Source of the DNA: Psilocybe cubensis
Lineage: Eukaryota
NCBI GenBank assembly: GCA_017499595.2
Contig: CM038998.1
Location: 3,038,001-3,102,000, forward strand
Direction: 5' to 3'
Length of the DNA stretch: 64,000 nucleotides
Shown: in pieces, positions 1-12,133 of the stretch
Layout: each line of letters opens with the position of its first letter
Position numbering within the stretch: position 1 is the first letter of the stretch
Made by a program: the position numbers and the translations under genes
The notes under the pieces: model-generated
Seen by the model: only the letters and a program-made list of their open reading frames with translations
What the model was told of the DNA's origin: nothing
Databases searched by the model: none

Positions 1-451
1 GAACATCGTTGCTAAACCCAGCGCCACCAAACATTCCTTTGGTCTCTACTGACTCGGGCATCGTGGGAGATGATTTCTCTCTTTCGCCAAGTTCAAGTAT
101 AAATCCAATTCGATACCCATCGTTGTGCTCGTCTTCTCAAGGACATGGTTCGACCCATCGAAACAAAAGCCATGACATTTCAGACGAGCGTCTAATAGAG
201 CTTAATACCCCTTCTGATACCTCTGTGTACTCAAACAACGGTTCCCTTTTGGACGATAGATTAGACCCCGGATTGCGCCAACGCTTGCAGCGTACGACCT
301 CTGACAAGTCAGAATTGAGAGATGAGGAAGATTATTCTCGACCTATCTTTGGTGTATGTGTACAATTATCCATTTAATACTTGCTCAATGGCTCCTACTT
401 ATTTTCACTCGCTTTCAGGACCGTAATCATTCTTCCAAGGAAGGCAGTTAA
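1..451 (+). CDS. 3' end (partial) of a hypothetical protein, probably the cytoplasmic tail of a single-pass membrane protein
   Basis: The ORF ending ...DDRLDPGLRQRL...ELRDEEDYSRPIFG is followed by a GT-AG intron (354-418) and a last exon DRNHSSKEGS*. The 'LRDEEDYSRP' tail resembles fungal single-pass sensor-like proteins; the 5' part lies outside the window. Confidence 0.6.
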
Positions 452-1025
452 AGCTCGGCATGTACATGCCAGTAACATATAGCTTGTAGGTCCCATATCA
501 CCGGATAATAATTCACCTTGATACCAAATATTAGTAATAACTTATGATATTTCAAGACGTATTCAAACACGAAAACTTACAATCATGAAGAGCTGAGAGT
601 GTAACACTATTCTAATCTGCTACATTCTGCGATAATTTTCAGGCACCATTTGATCATGGGTTGTAATCTATTTTTGGAATTGTTCTAAAATTAAAATTAA
701 GTATTTCAAAGCTCGCGACTTACTGCATCTTCGACTCGTTAACTGGCTACTATTGTAATTGCTCCTGATAGTTCATTAACCCTGTGGAAATCAGCTTCAT
801 CTCTAACATAAACCTTCTCCATATTTTTCTATACATATATGGACACAGTTCTGTAATGTTGTACGATGTTGAAATCACTCGTGTGCGTTATGGGAATATC
901 AGAAAGTAGTAGCAGGAAAGGGACACATGCTTAGTCTTCATTCTTCCTACGTGTGTCAGTGTTCATAAGAAGCAATCAGGAAGTAAAATGCTGCTCTACA
1001 GCCTCTTCCTTCCACTACCTAAATC

Positions 1026-2241
1026 ATGGATTCGTTGTCCCCATCGGAAGAGCAAAGAGTTCCCGTTCACGATACACCGATTTCAGGCTTAGTAGACCGA
1101 CCCAAAGTGCCTACTGCAGTCGAGTATGGCAATGAGACTGACTTTTGGGTCGAATATCCCAACGGCTTAATTGACATCTCTCGCGAAGCCCATTTGTCGC
1201 GCGTTTATCCACCGCCTTATGGGGCCACCATTCCCCCTGCTCTGAAGTCTACGCAAATTGATATCGCAGTTGATGGCAATCGAATCGTACGAATCAACAA
1301 GGCCAGGACAGCACTCGTTGTCATTGATATGCAAAAGTGAAGTGATACGCCTTTGTACATTTTTATTATGAGTCTAATGACGTCTCTTTTAGCTTTTTCC
1401 TTCATCCTGATTTGCGCATTCACACTAAAGGATTGCAATGCGTTGATCCTCTTATGAATGTCATACCTCATTTGCGGACATTAGGATCCAAAATTCTCTG
1501 GGTGTGAGTTTGTCCCGATCTCTCTGTGAGTGTGGAGTGGTATTGAATATTGATCGTCATAGAAATTGGGGCTTGACGGACCATGAACTCGAGACTATCC
1601 CGCCATCCTTGGTGCGTGGGTTTAGGAAGCACAATGGAGGAGGTTTTGGCTCCCAATTACCGGGAGATTTTGGTCGTCTGTTGATGCGTGATGCGTACAA
1701 TTCTGAACTCTACGGACCCTTACAGGCTGAGTATCTCAAAGGTGCCAAAGAAGGGACCGATTTTTGGATTCACAAGAACCGGTAGGTTTTATTACACCCC
1801 GGACTGCGCAGTTGAATTCCATATAACCGGTCTGATGTTGGCAGGATGAGCGGTTTGTGGGGATACCAGACTGCATTGGACCTATTCCTCAGGGAAAATG
1901 GAATCACTACTTTGATATTTGCGGGAGTCAACACTGACCAGGTATCCCTTTATTCCTGACTTTTTCTCATGTGGATTATTGATAAGGCAATCCGCAGTGT
2001 GTGCTGGGGACCATCGTAGACGCTTATTATCGCGGATACGATTGTATTGTTCTCAGTGATGCAACGGCAACTACATCACCCGAGGGAGCGTTTGAGAATG
2101 TGATCTATAATAGTGGGAATGTGAGTTAAAAATTTTATGTCCCATTGATTGATAAGTGGTGCTGATGCCATACCGCAGAGCTACGGATTCGTGACTGACA
2201 CTCAGCGCATTATTGAAGCTGCTAACAGGGATAAGAAATGA
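1026..2241 (+). CDS. Isochorismatase-family cysteine hydrolase (multi-exon)
   Basis: The spliced product has the motifs ALVVIDMQ (Asp), HKNRMSG (Lys) and FAGVNTDQCVLGT (Cys), i.e. the D-K-C triad, followed by DAYYRGYD and DATAT. Confidence 0.9.
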
Positions 2242-2471
2242 GTCTTGTGCCATCTTTATCGAACAAACAGGTATCCGTAAACCTCTGTCAACTTGTATAC
2301 TCATAACGTCAAATTCGAGAATGAGCTGCTCTTGGCGGCTATATGTATAAATACATCATGCACTTAGCATATTTACACAACTTCAAGCTATGGCCCACTC
2401 TTCCAGCAAGTAACTAAAATGATGTCCTTCGCTGCAGCTATAAATACAAGAAGCGTCCTTCGCCCAAAATT

Positions 2472-4966
2472 TTACCGGTTTCGAACCTAATAATAAGCAG
2501 CTCAGTATACAATACTTGATACAATTGAGGGAGCAACGCACGTCTAAAAGGGTACGTCGAGTGAAAAAGTCTTGAGGACGATTTGTGTCGGCAACGGGAC
2601 TTGAAGGTTGTGAATTGTGTGATGAATTAGATTCAGGTGGAGTAAGGGGTGCTGCATAGTGTCCAAACTTGGCACTTTCTCGGAGATGGGAACGGGGTGG
2701 CCTCGGTGGAACGGTTGACAGGGACACAGGCGATATTAACTCTTTTTGTACAGGTTCTAAGTTGGGGTCCCCAGCCTCGGGACGTTCGTTATCATCTGGA
2801 GGTAGAGTGGCAGGATAGATTGAAGGACTTGAAGGAGTCAAAGAATGTCGTTTGAAAGGTGCAATCGGGTTGGCCATATCCGTAGTGTACGCAATACCGG
2901 CATGCGGGTACTCATAATGTGCTTGATTATGAGGATTAATGCTGTGGGCAGCTGGGTAAGGGTCTGGAATAAGTGATAGACCGCCGAAAATATTGCGTTG
3001 TTCATGCGACATTGGTTCTTGCGAGAGTAAAGGCGATCCACCGCTACCTTGATCCCAATTTCGATCACGAGTCGACCCTACAGACCTCATTGCAGGGCCC
3101 TGATAAGATTCTTGGGGGTCACGGAAGGGATCAGTTGCCAGTGACGCCGGACGTTGATGCTGCATCCCAGCCAACCACCGTTTACGTCGGTTGACGCGAC
3201 GTTGGCGGCGTATGCAGAAAATGAGGCCAATAGCCGCTGTTGCAGCTACGATTCCAACTACTACACATATTCCAGCAAGCACGCCTTGTTTATGCAGAGG
3301 CCTGTGCAGTAACTTTGGTTAGACAGTTATTTGTAGTGGAAATCTGAGGGACTGACCCGTTATCTGAAGACAATTGTTGAGTGTTCCCCAAGTTAGGAGG
3401 ATTTGCGACGATATGGGTGACGGTGGTTAGAGCTCCGTCAGATTCCGTTGAAGTACTCATAAGAGTGACCAATGCAGGCGTAGTAACCACCTTTGAGCCA
3501 TTTGATTGAGTAGAGGTAAGTATTACAGCACTGGACAATGTTGTGTCTGCTGTTTGAGTGACTGTACTCGTACTTTGATTCAGTGGCGCCTTTACCACAA
3601 CCACTAGTAATGTCGTGGCAACTTAAAATTTTGTTTAAAAGAAAGATGGATAACCTACCTGATGTAGTTGTCCCTACACTGTGCGAAGTCGTTGGTGTCG
3701 GAATGGTAGTAGAAGACTTGCTGGATGTTGACGAAGAAGGTTCCACTGGTTTGCTTGGGGGAGCTGGGAGCGGTTCTGAACGGGTAGATGACGCTGGTGG
3801 GGGCGCAGCTTCTTTTGTCGAGACCGCAGGACTTGATGAGTGTGAAGAAACGGTTGCACCTGGTTTGCTATTAGACATACTATAGCGTCAAGATAATTGA
3901 TTAGATGATTTTCATTTTCTGCCGGTGAAACGGAAACTAACGTTGGGGTTTGGTCCGCCAGTGTAACAACAGGTGAATTATTTTTCGATGAATTTGGGGT
4001 AATTGGAATTGATGGAAGAGCAGCTGCAGCTGACATAGAAGAAGTTGAATCTATTATCCCACCGGAGGAACCTGAAATTACAGTCGGTACCGTTGACTTG
4101 GGGCTAGTTTTGCTCGCCACGGCACTGGGAGTTGAAATAGAGGAAGAGGCAGCAGTAGACGCCAGGATTGGGACTGTCGACTTGGCAAGAGATTTACTAG
4201 AGCCTGTACTGAACTAGATCTAGGTCAGAAATTAGTCCGCACTTAGCAAATGTATTGACTTACCGCACTCGAACTTTTCGGAACCTTTGAGGATGATTCC
4301 ACAGTAATAACTACTGAAGAAAAGGTCGACGAAGAAATTGATGTTGTAGTAGTCACAGCGAGTGCTTGAGTCGTTGAAATAGATGTAATTTCACTAGCAA
4401 GTGCGATAGATGTAGAGTTTTCGGTTACAGGTAAAGAATGAGCACTCGTAGAAGTAGAAGGTGATGCCTGGTTAGTGGATGTTATCAATACCACTGAAGG
4501 TGTTGAATCAGTGGTAATATCGACGGATGCAGAGGTCGCGTTTGCCACCGATACCAGCGACGTTGAAAGAGATAATCCCTGGACTATTAAGAAACATTGC
4601 GAATAAGCGCATGTTAAGGGCAATAAATTAGATCGTGAAGAAAAGACATGAAGCATTGGGGGAAGAGGGCCTTACCGTTATCTTAACGGGACCTCATAAA
4701 CATCTCTTCGAGAGGGAACCATCGGGATTAAGAAAGTTATATGCACCGCAATAACTGTACTAGGCTAATATTAAAGCTTCACATGGTTAAAACCTACGTG
4801 TCAGCCCGACATGTGTGCGATGAATATCCTGTCAGTCAAGATGGAACTTCAGCGGGTAGCAGACATTCGATTGGGCAGTCACTTGATAGATTACACGCCA
4901 CTTCCACAGGACGCCCGGCTTAGATACCAAGAGGAGCTCGCTGCAACGGTTGCTCGCCGGACCCAT
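2472..4966 (-). CDS. Ser/Thr-rich (mucin-like) single-pass membrane protein
   Basis: Several S/T/P-rich exons, one hydrophobic segment (LAGICVVVGIVAATAAIGLIFCI) followed by a basic stop-transfer stretch RRQRRVNRRKR, and a Pro-rich tail ending RRTLLD|VRNR*. The 5' end was rebuilt through microexons and is less certain. Confidence 0.75.
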
Positions 4967-5620
4967 TTCCCGATGACGAATGGTTAAAGAGGTTTGAGAG
5001 CACAAGAAAACACAAGAAGCAGCACTCCACATCCGCTTTCCGGCTAACCACGCATATGGGAAATTCCTGATACGGTTATCTTAGTGAACTAGAAGACAAT
5101 TCTTGGACGTCTCGTCCCGAGAGCACATAAGGTGACCTCCAAAGAACCTTCAGAAGAATGGAGATACAACGGCGGTCGTATGGACAGCAAACGAAGTCAA
5201 AGATAGTAATAATTCCAAAAGTCACTTGTACATATTATCCAATACTAAATGAGAGCAACGATGAATTAGGCTGAGTGCATACAGATGATGTGCAGATAAT
5301 CTACTGGGGATGAGATGAGAAAAAAGTAAAAATGCAAGTAAGATTGTTGGAGCAAAAGGGTCTCCGTGTGACTGAAATTTTGACTATCAGACACGATTAA
5401 GCGGACTGCCTTGATTACAGCACTTACGATGCCAGCCGAGTGTATAATGAGGAGTGGGTATGATTGGTTGAAATGGGGATGAGAAGGAAGAATAGGAAGA
5501 AATGGTGTTATGCATACTATTGCTAAAAGAAATGAGAAATTATCAATTATTTCAAATAAAGAACAGCTCAATGTCATGACATACCCCTCATGAAGGAGTC
5601 GCTTGGCTGCTTGAACTAAC

Positions 5621-6757
<1,137 letters not shown>

Positions 6758-7104
6758 GATAACCGTGAAATGGCACTTAAAGAGCCAAAGGCGAAAGCGA
6801 GTTAAATGAGAGCACGATTCAGGATTCAAGTCCTCTGAACGGCCTCATGGCCTCAGTCGCTTGACTTGACCATTTATGATGTTGATGAACAGTAAACCTG
6901 ATCACGTGAGTCGTTCAGGGGCTTGGAAAATGGGCTAGAATTTCTCAAGCGTGAAGCAAGGCAAAAGGCAGAATTTGGAGTCTGTAAACTCTAAATAGAC
7001 TCTTAATATGATTCTTTCATCAAATCTTTGATATTAGTTTACTTGTACAAATTGCCTGGAGTGATGAATGTCATCATAGATGAGATAGGGGCTTTCCTCC
7101 ACAT

Positions 7105-8657
7105 TCACCATCCCTTCCATGGGACCCATACATCAACAACCTCATTTCCCTCGCCTACATCACTATCAATAATATAATACCATGGATATGCCTCATTAAA
7201 GGCCGATGAGAATTAGCGCTCTCCAAAAAGAAAAGAAAGCTTACTGCAGCAGTCAAACAGGCATGTTGGCCAACGATACGGACAATCGTTCCGAGTTTCA
7301 GAGGAGTCGCGCTTGAGTTTCTTGGAGTCAAAATTCCATGTTCTTGTGATATCCTTGATAGAGTCCATGGAAGACCGATGACCTCCCCGAAGCTTCCTGA
7401 AGGACCTGTGTCTTTGCTAAATGCGATAGCCCCGGCGTCCACCAAAGCTTCATCGACTCCATCCACGCCTCTGCCAGGGTAATATGATACTACTGTTGCC
7501 CTGACATGTTGGGCGATGCGAGCATAATCGATCAAGCTCGTATGTTGTTGTTGCAAATCTAGCATAGGATAATTACCTATGAGAAGATTTAGTAAAAAAA
7601 TCAAATGGCAATGATAATTCTCGCCTGCATGAAGCTCCAGAGTACCATGCAACACTTCAGAAAGCAGTTCCCTTGTCTGTTTACTGGCAGCGTGTGCCGT
7701 TGGTGTTGATCCAACAGACAGTGTAAATGGTTGGGTAACATCGACACGATGATTCAATTTCGAAATCATATCCAGCGCGTACTCGGCGGCGATGTTTACA
7801 GCTCGAACCTCCCCGGACAAAAATGCAGAGGCATCAGAAAGTGACGTCGATGCGTATGAATTTCCTGCATGCCCATAAAATCCAAAAAGCCTAACAAATT
7901 TAGATTTCACAACGGCATCAAGAAGGGAGTAAAATACAGGTGATCCAGGAGATACTCCAGCACGGCTAGATTGTATCAGCAAAGGTCAATAACTCCAATG
8001 TCGTCAAAACTGACTTTTGACCACCGTTTATTTTAATGAAGACAGACCACTTGGCCGATGTTGCTTGATTGGCTTCAAATTGATCCAGAAATGTGATTTG
8101 GTCGGGATGGTCAACTAGTAGCCGAACGATACCTCCACTTTGAGCAAATTCTTGTCGAAGATTCGAAAGATCTTGCACTTTGTTTATAGCAACTGGGAGA
8201 CCGTATAACAGCTATTAAAAAAACTCATCTTCATGAAGTATTTCAATGATGTCTGGAACACTCACATCTTTGACCGTGGAATCTGCGACTAACCCGCTAC
8301 GGACAACCTGCCAAGCCTCCATGAGAGTGGAGACAATAACAGCATGTGTTTGGTTTGCTTGTGAATGTAGTTGGAGCCTTGTTCCTTCAACGGTCTGTTA
8401 CTCCGTTGATTATTAGCAACTCCAGATCATTTCGAAAAAAGGCTCACTTTGTGCGTCTTGAGATGAGCACGGAAGGTCGCACCCCAATCCAGTGCCTTTT
8501 TGTGCATGTTTGCGCAATTATGCGCAAACAATTTGCGGTCAATGAAGATAGCTGGAGTTCTGATACTGTCGATGGGTTTCCCAACATATGCATCGAGAAG
8601 TGCTTGCTTATTTGGGCCGTTGAGGAACTCCAGGGGTGTGTTTGATTGCAACGCCAT
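7105..8657 (-). CDS. DSD1: D-serine dehydratase / D-threonine aldolase-like fold-type III PLP enzyme
   Basis: Motifs FRAHLKTHK (PLP lysine), YGHAGNSY, SVGSTPTAH, GNYPMLDLQQ, SQEHG, HAC (metal ligands) and C-terminal WVPWKGW. Confidence 0.88.
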
Positions 8658-9470
8658 GTTAGATGCAAGAAATTCGACGAGATGGATAGGTAGCTGAGGG
8701 AAACTTAAATGCGGCCACTATGACTCTCGGACGACGCCATGATTGCTTGGGCTTGTTTGTCGACAGTCTGACGGTCCCTTAGGTATGCAGCGAAGGTTGA
8801 CTCTGGCGAATGGTCCCGGTCAGAGGTGGTCAGCTCACGGGAGATGTTTAGAAGACACGGTCCGCTCTGTCCGTCAATAGATTAAATAGATATATGCTTT
8901 GGGAGTACACGTAGAAGATCCGTTTAAGGGAAACATATGCGTTTGAGGTCGGTATAGCTGGAAAAGATAGGTTGTCATCAGACTAAGAGGATTTCTTAAC
9001 GCCAACTTGTCTTCATAATCTGATTTCCTGCACAAGGAAGGACAAAAGCTTGCGGGTCGTTGGAGATTTGATCCGAAGTCATTTGTAGATTAAATTTACA
9101 CGATCATGTGATGATTTAAAAACCACCTTGGCACGGACGGAGGGTATTGTGGTTCATTCGATGTTCCAGAGTGGCAGTCTACCACTGCTACTCGTATGCA
9201 CTAGTAAATGCTTTGCACCAGCGTTTCCATTTGCGATACGTGAATTGTATGGCAAGTCACCTATATAAGTATTTCCCTTCATCTTTTGCAAAGAAGCAAA
9301 CCACAACTATTCACATTTCAAATGGCGACAACCAGGGATCGATATGAGACTCCTGTGATGACGGCGGATATTATCACTGTGGAATTCAATATGTTTCTCC
9401 TTCGATCTACTCCATTTCAAAGGAGATTCTGTTGGGTTGGTTACTTGCTTTCTTCATTTCACCCATCACC

Positions 9471-11018
9471 ATGAGGTCTGCAGATACACAAATCCCGTCA
9501 AGTTCGCCGTTATCTCCCAAGTCAACCTCAAGGTCACCGGATTCCATTCTTTCATCAGGACCTACTACTCCGGGACCTACTACAGACAGTTATTTTGGAA
9601 ACGCAATATACGAGTCTCCACCAGCTTCGGACTCTTGCGAATCGGAATCATCTTACAATGAGGACGAAGATGACGCGCAAACCGACTCGACTCTCGACGA
9701 TGCTGGATTGCATCCAGAATTTGGTCATCCCTTACAAAGAATGCCGCGCATCAGAAGCGCTGACCACGGATTGAATTACGACTCTGACGCAGAATTGAAA
9801 TCACTTTTGAAGAGTGCTAGCTCTTCACAGTCAAATGTAAATATACCAGATAGTGATATGGTGTGAGTTATCACAATCGTGACTATCTCATTTTCCACTG
9901 ATGTGGGTTCAGAAACTATGACCGCATTATCGACATACTACTCGAACGAAAACCTAATCCATTTATCAGTCATAATCAACACGATTTAGTCCGCTTATTC
10001 CCTCCAATACGATTGAAAAAGTGTGCTGAACTCCTTCCCCAGGTCCTGTTTGATTCACCGCTGGATGACACGATGTATCGATACCAAGAAGCTTTACCTC
10101 CACTCATGGTCAAACGTTTTAAAAAATCTTCTTCACTAGAGCTCCTTCTCCTTCTGGAACTCAATGTCCCAGAGCTAAGAGAAGATCCATGGAATCCCTC
10201 TCCTCATATTGTGCGAGCCGTAGAGAGAGATGATTACATCTACCTATGCATGCATCGCCTTTTCGAATACAACAATCCGCCTCTGGCCTCTGTTGCCCAC
10301 TATATTGACTTCTTCAGACAGGTTCTTGAGGTTGGCGTTCTATTTCAAACGTATACACTATAATCTCACGTATTGACATTAGGGCCTTTCATTCCTTCAC
10401 GAACAGCGCATCGCTGGTTTTAGATGCGGTGAACACACGTCTTTCATGGTTGATCTCAGCAGTATGCCGCATACTCCCGCACTCCTGCGCCCTGGGGATG
10501 AACTCGCCACGCCCCGGTTTGATCGTTACTCTTATCCCGTCCGATACTATTTTGTCGACTTTAGTCAAGCAACGCGCATTCCGAACTCATCGCCATTTCT
10601 ATCCTCTTCCACATCAACTCAAGATGGAATTGGTGCAAACAAACGAGCAGACAACCCCTTCAAGCGTGATATTGAAGACTGTGGTGCCATGTTCAATGCT
10701 CTCCTGAATGATGTCAGTGCATTTTTCCTAATTTCATTCAATCATCACTCAATGGAACTGTCCAAATGTCACCAGGTCCCCCAAATAACAACAAAATTCA
10801 AATCTTTAACAAAAGCAATGATATTTGGTGGATTCATGGCAGATGACGCGCGCAGGCTATTTGAAGCTTTATGCCGTTCTCTCGATGCATCTGTCTTTGA
10901 TAAATTGGCCATCCATGAAGGTCCTAATAAAACACTGGAAAGGGCACATACCATTTGCCACCTGATAGCCGACCCAAAAAATGCCAACCGCTGCCGAGAG
11001 AAAGTCGTCTCTCGTTGA
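9471..11018 (+). CDS. Agaricomycete AgaK1-like protein-kinase-fold protein, probably a pseudokinase
   Basis: Motifs LREDPWNP, FFRQVLE|GLSFLHEQRIA, PVRYYFVDFS and NPFKRDI. The HRD catalytic loop is absent and there is a Ser-rich N-terminal extension. Confidence 0.7.
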
Positions 11019-11215
11019 TGGTTCAGCTAGGTATATCATATTACAAAGCATTTTTCTTAGATTCAACTATAGTTCATCCTGTGCATCTTATTATGCTCAA
11101 TTCATGTCTCCACAATGAAATCACAATCAATGTATTCTGTTTCGCGTGTGGTCCCTCGAGAGGCCTACATTGCCATACAACCCAACAACTTCACTGTTGA
11201 AGGACCTTTCAATCA

Positions 11216-11752
11216 TTATGCGGCTGCGATCGCCTCTATTTCAACATCAACATCGTTCGGCAGTTTTGCCGCTTGAATACAAGTCCGCGCAGGCTTTGGA
11301 CTGGGCAAAAGCTAGCACATAAGGTTTTAGTGGGTGCTACACTTCGTTTCTAAATGAACTTACCTTCTCATACACTTCATTCATTTCAGTAAAGTTATCC
11401 ATGTTCTTCAAGTATACGTTAACTTTGACCACTTTCTCCCAAGACGACCCAGCAGCTTCCAAAACGTTTCCTAAATTGTGGATGCATTGGGCCTAAAATG
11501 AATACCATTAAAACTATGTTCGGTTTTCTCTCTGCAATTTGTTACTGTGTGCTCCTTTATTCCCCCTTGAACGACTTGGCCGTTCACATCTGTTGGCGTT
11601 TGGCCGCTCAGGAATATCAGACCAGGAACTTTTGTTGCATGCGCTACAATACGCGTTCGTTATTATATGCATCACCATTAAACACTTGGGAACTCACAAA
11701 GGATGTGTTGGAAGTTCGAATTTTTGGTGGAGTTGATTTTTTCGACAGACAT
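11216..11752 (-). CDS. RidA/YjgF/UK114 enamine-imine deaminase
   Basis: MSVEKINST..., LEAAGSSWEKVVKVNVYLKNMDNFTEMNEVY, KPARTCIQAAKLPNDVDVEIEAIAAA*. The catalytic Arg is retained and there is no mitochondrial presequence. Confidence 0.92.
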
Positions 11753-12133
11753 GACGGCAGGTTTGAGTTGTTCGTTCTATCTGGGTTGTTGATTCACTTA
11801 TCACATTCAATCAAGAGGTTATGTATTGGATAATAATCGTATAGGGAGCCAGATGACCTCGGATCGCGCGGTCCGTGTTTTGAAGAAGCCATGCGAATCC
11901 AGTTGACTAGGTCAAGTATCCTTCTTTCCCCAAGCATTTTCGACTCACGGCCATTATTTTCGTTATCTTCTATTTTTAGTCGCTACAGCCTTTGAAACCT
12001 GATTGCACTACTCACGAGACGTTGGGGTATTCGGCATAATGAAGATTCTTATCCATTTTGGCTATACAAAAGAATCAGTGTTCCATGCCTGCAATCGCGG
12101 CCCTGCTTTCGGTGAACTCTGCTCATCATCATC

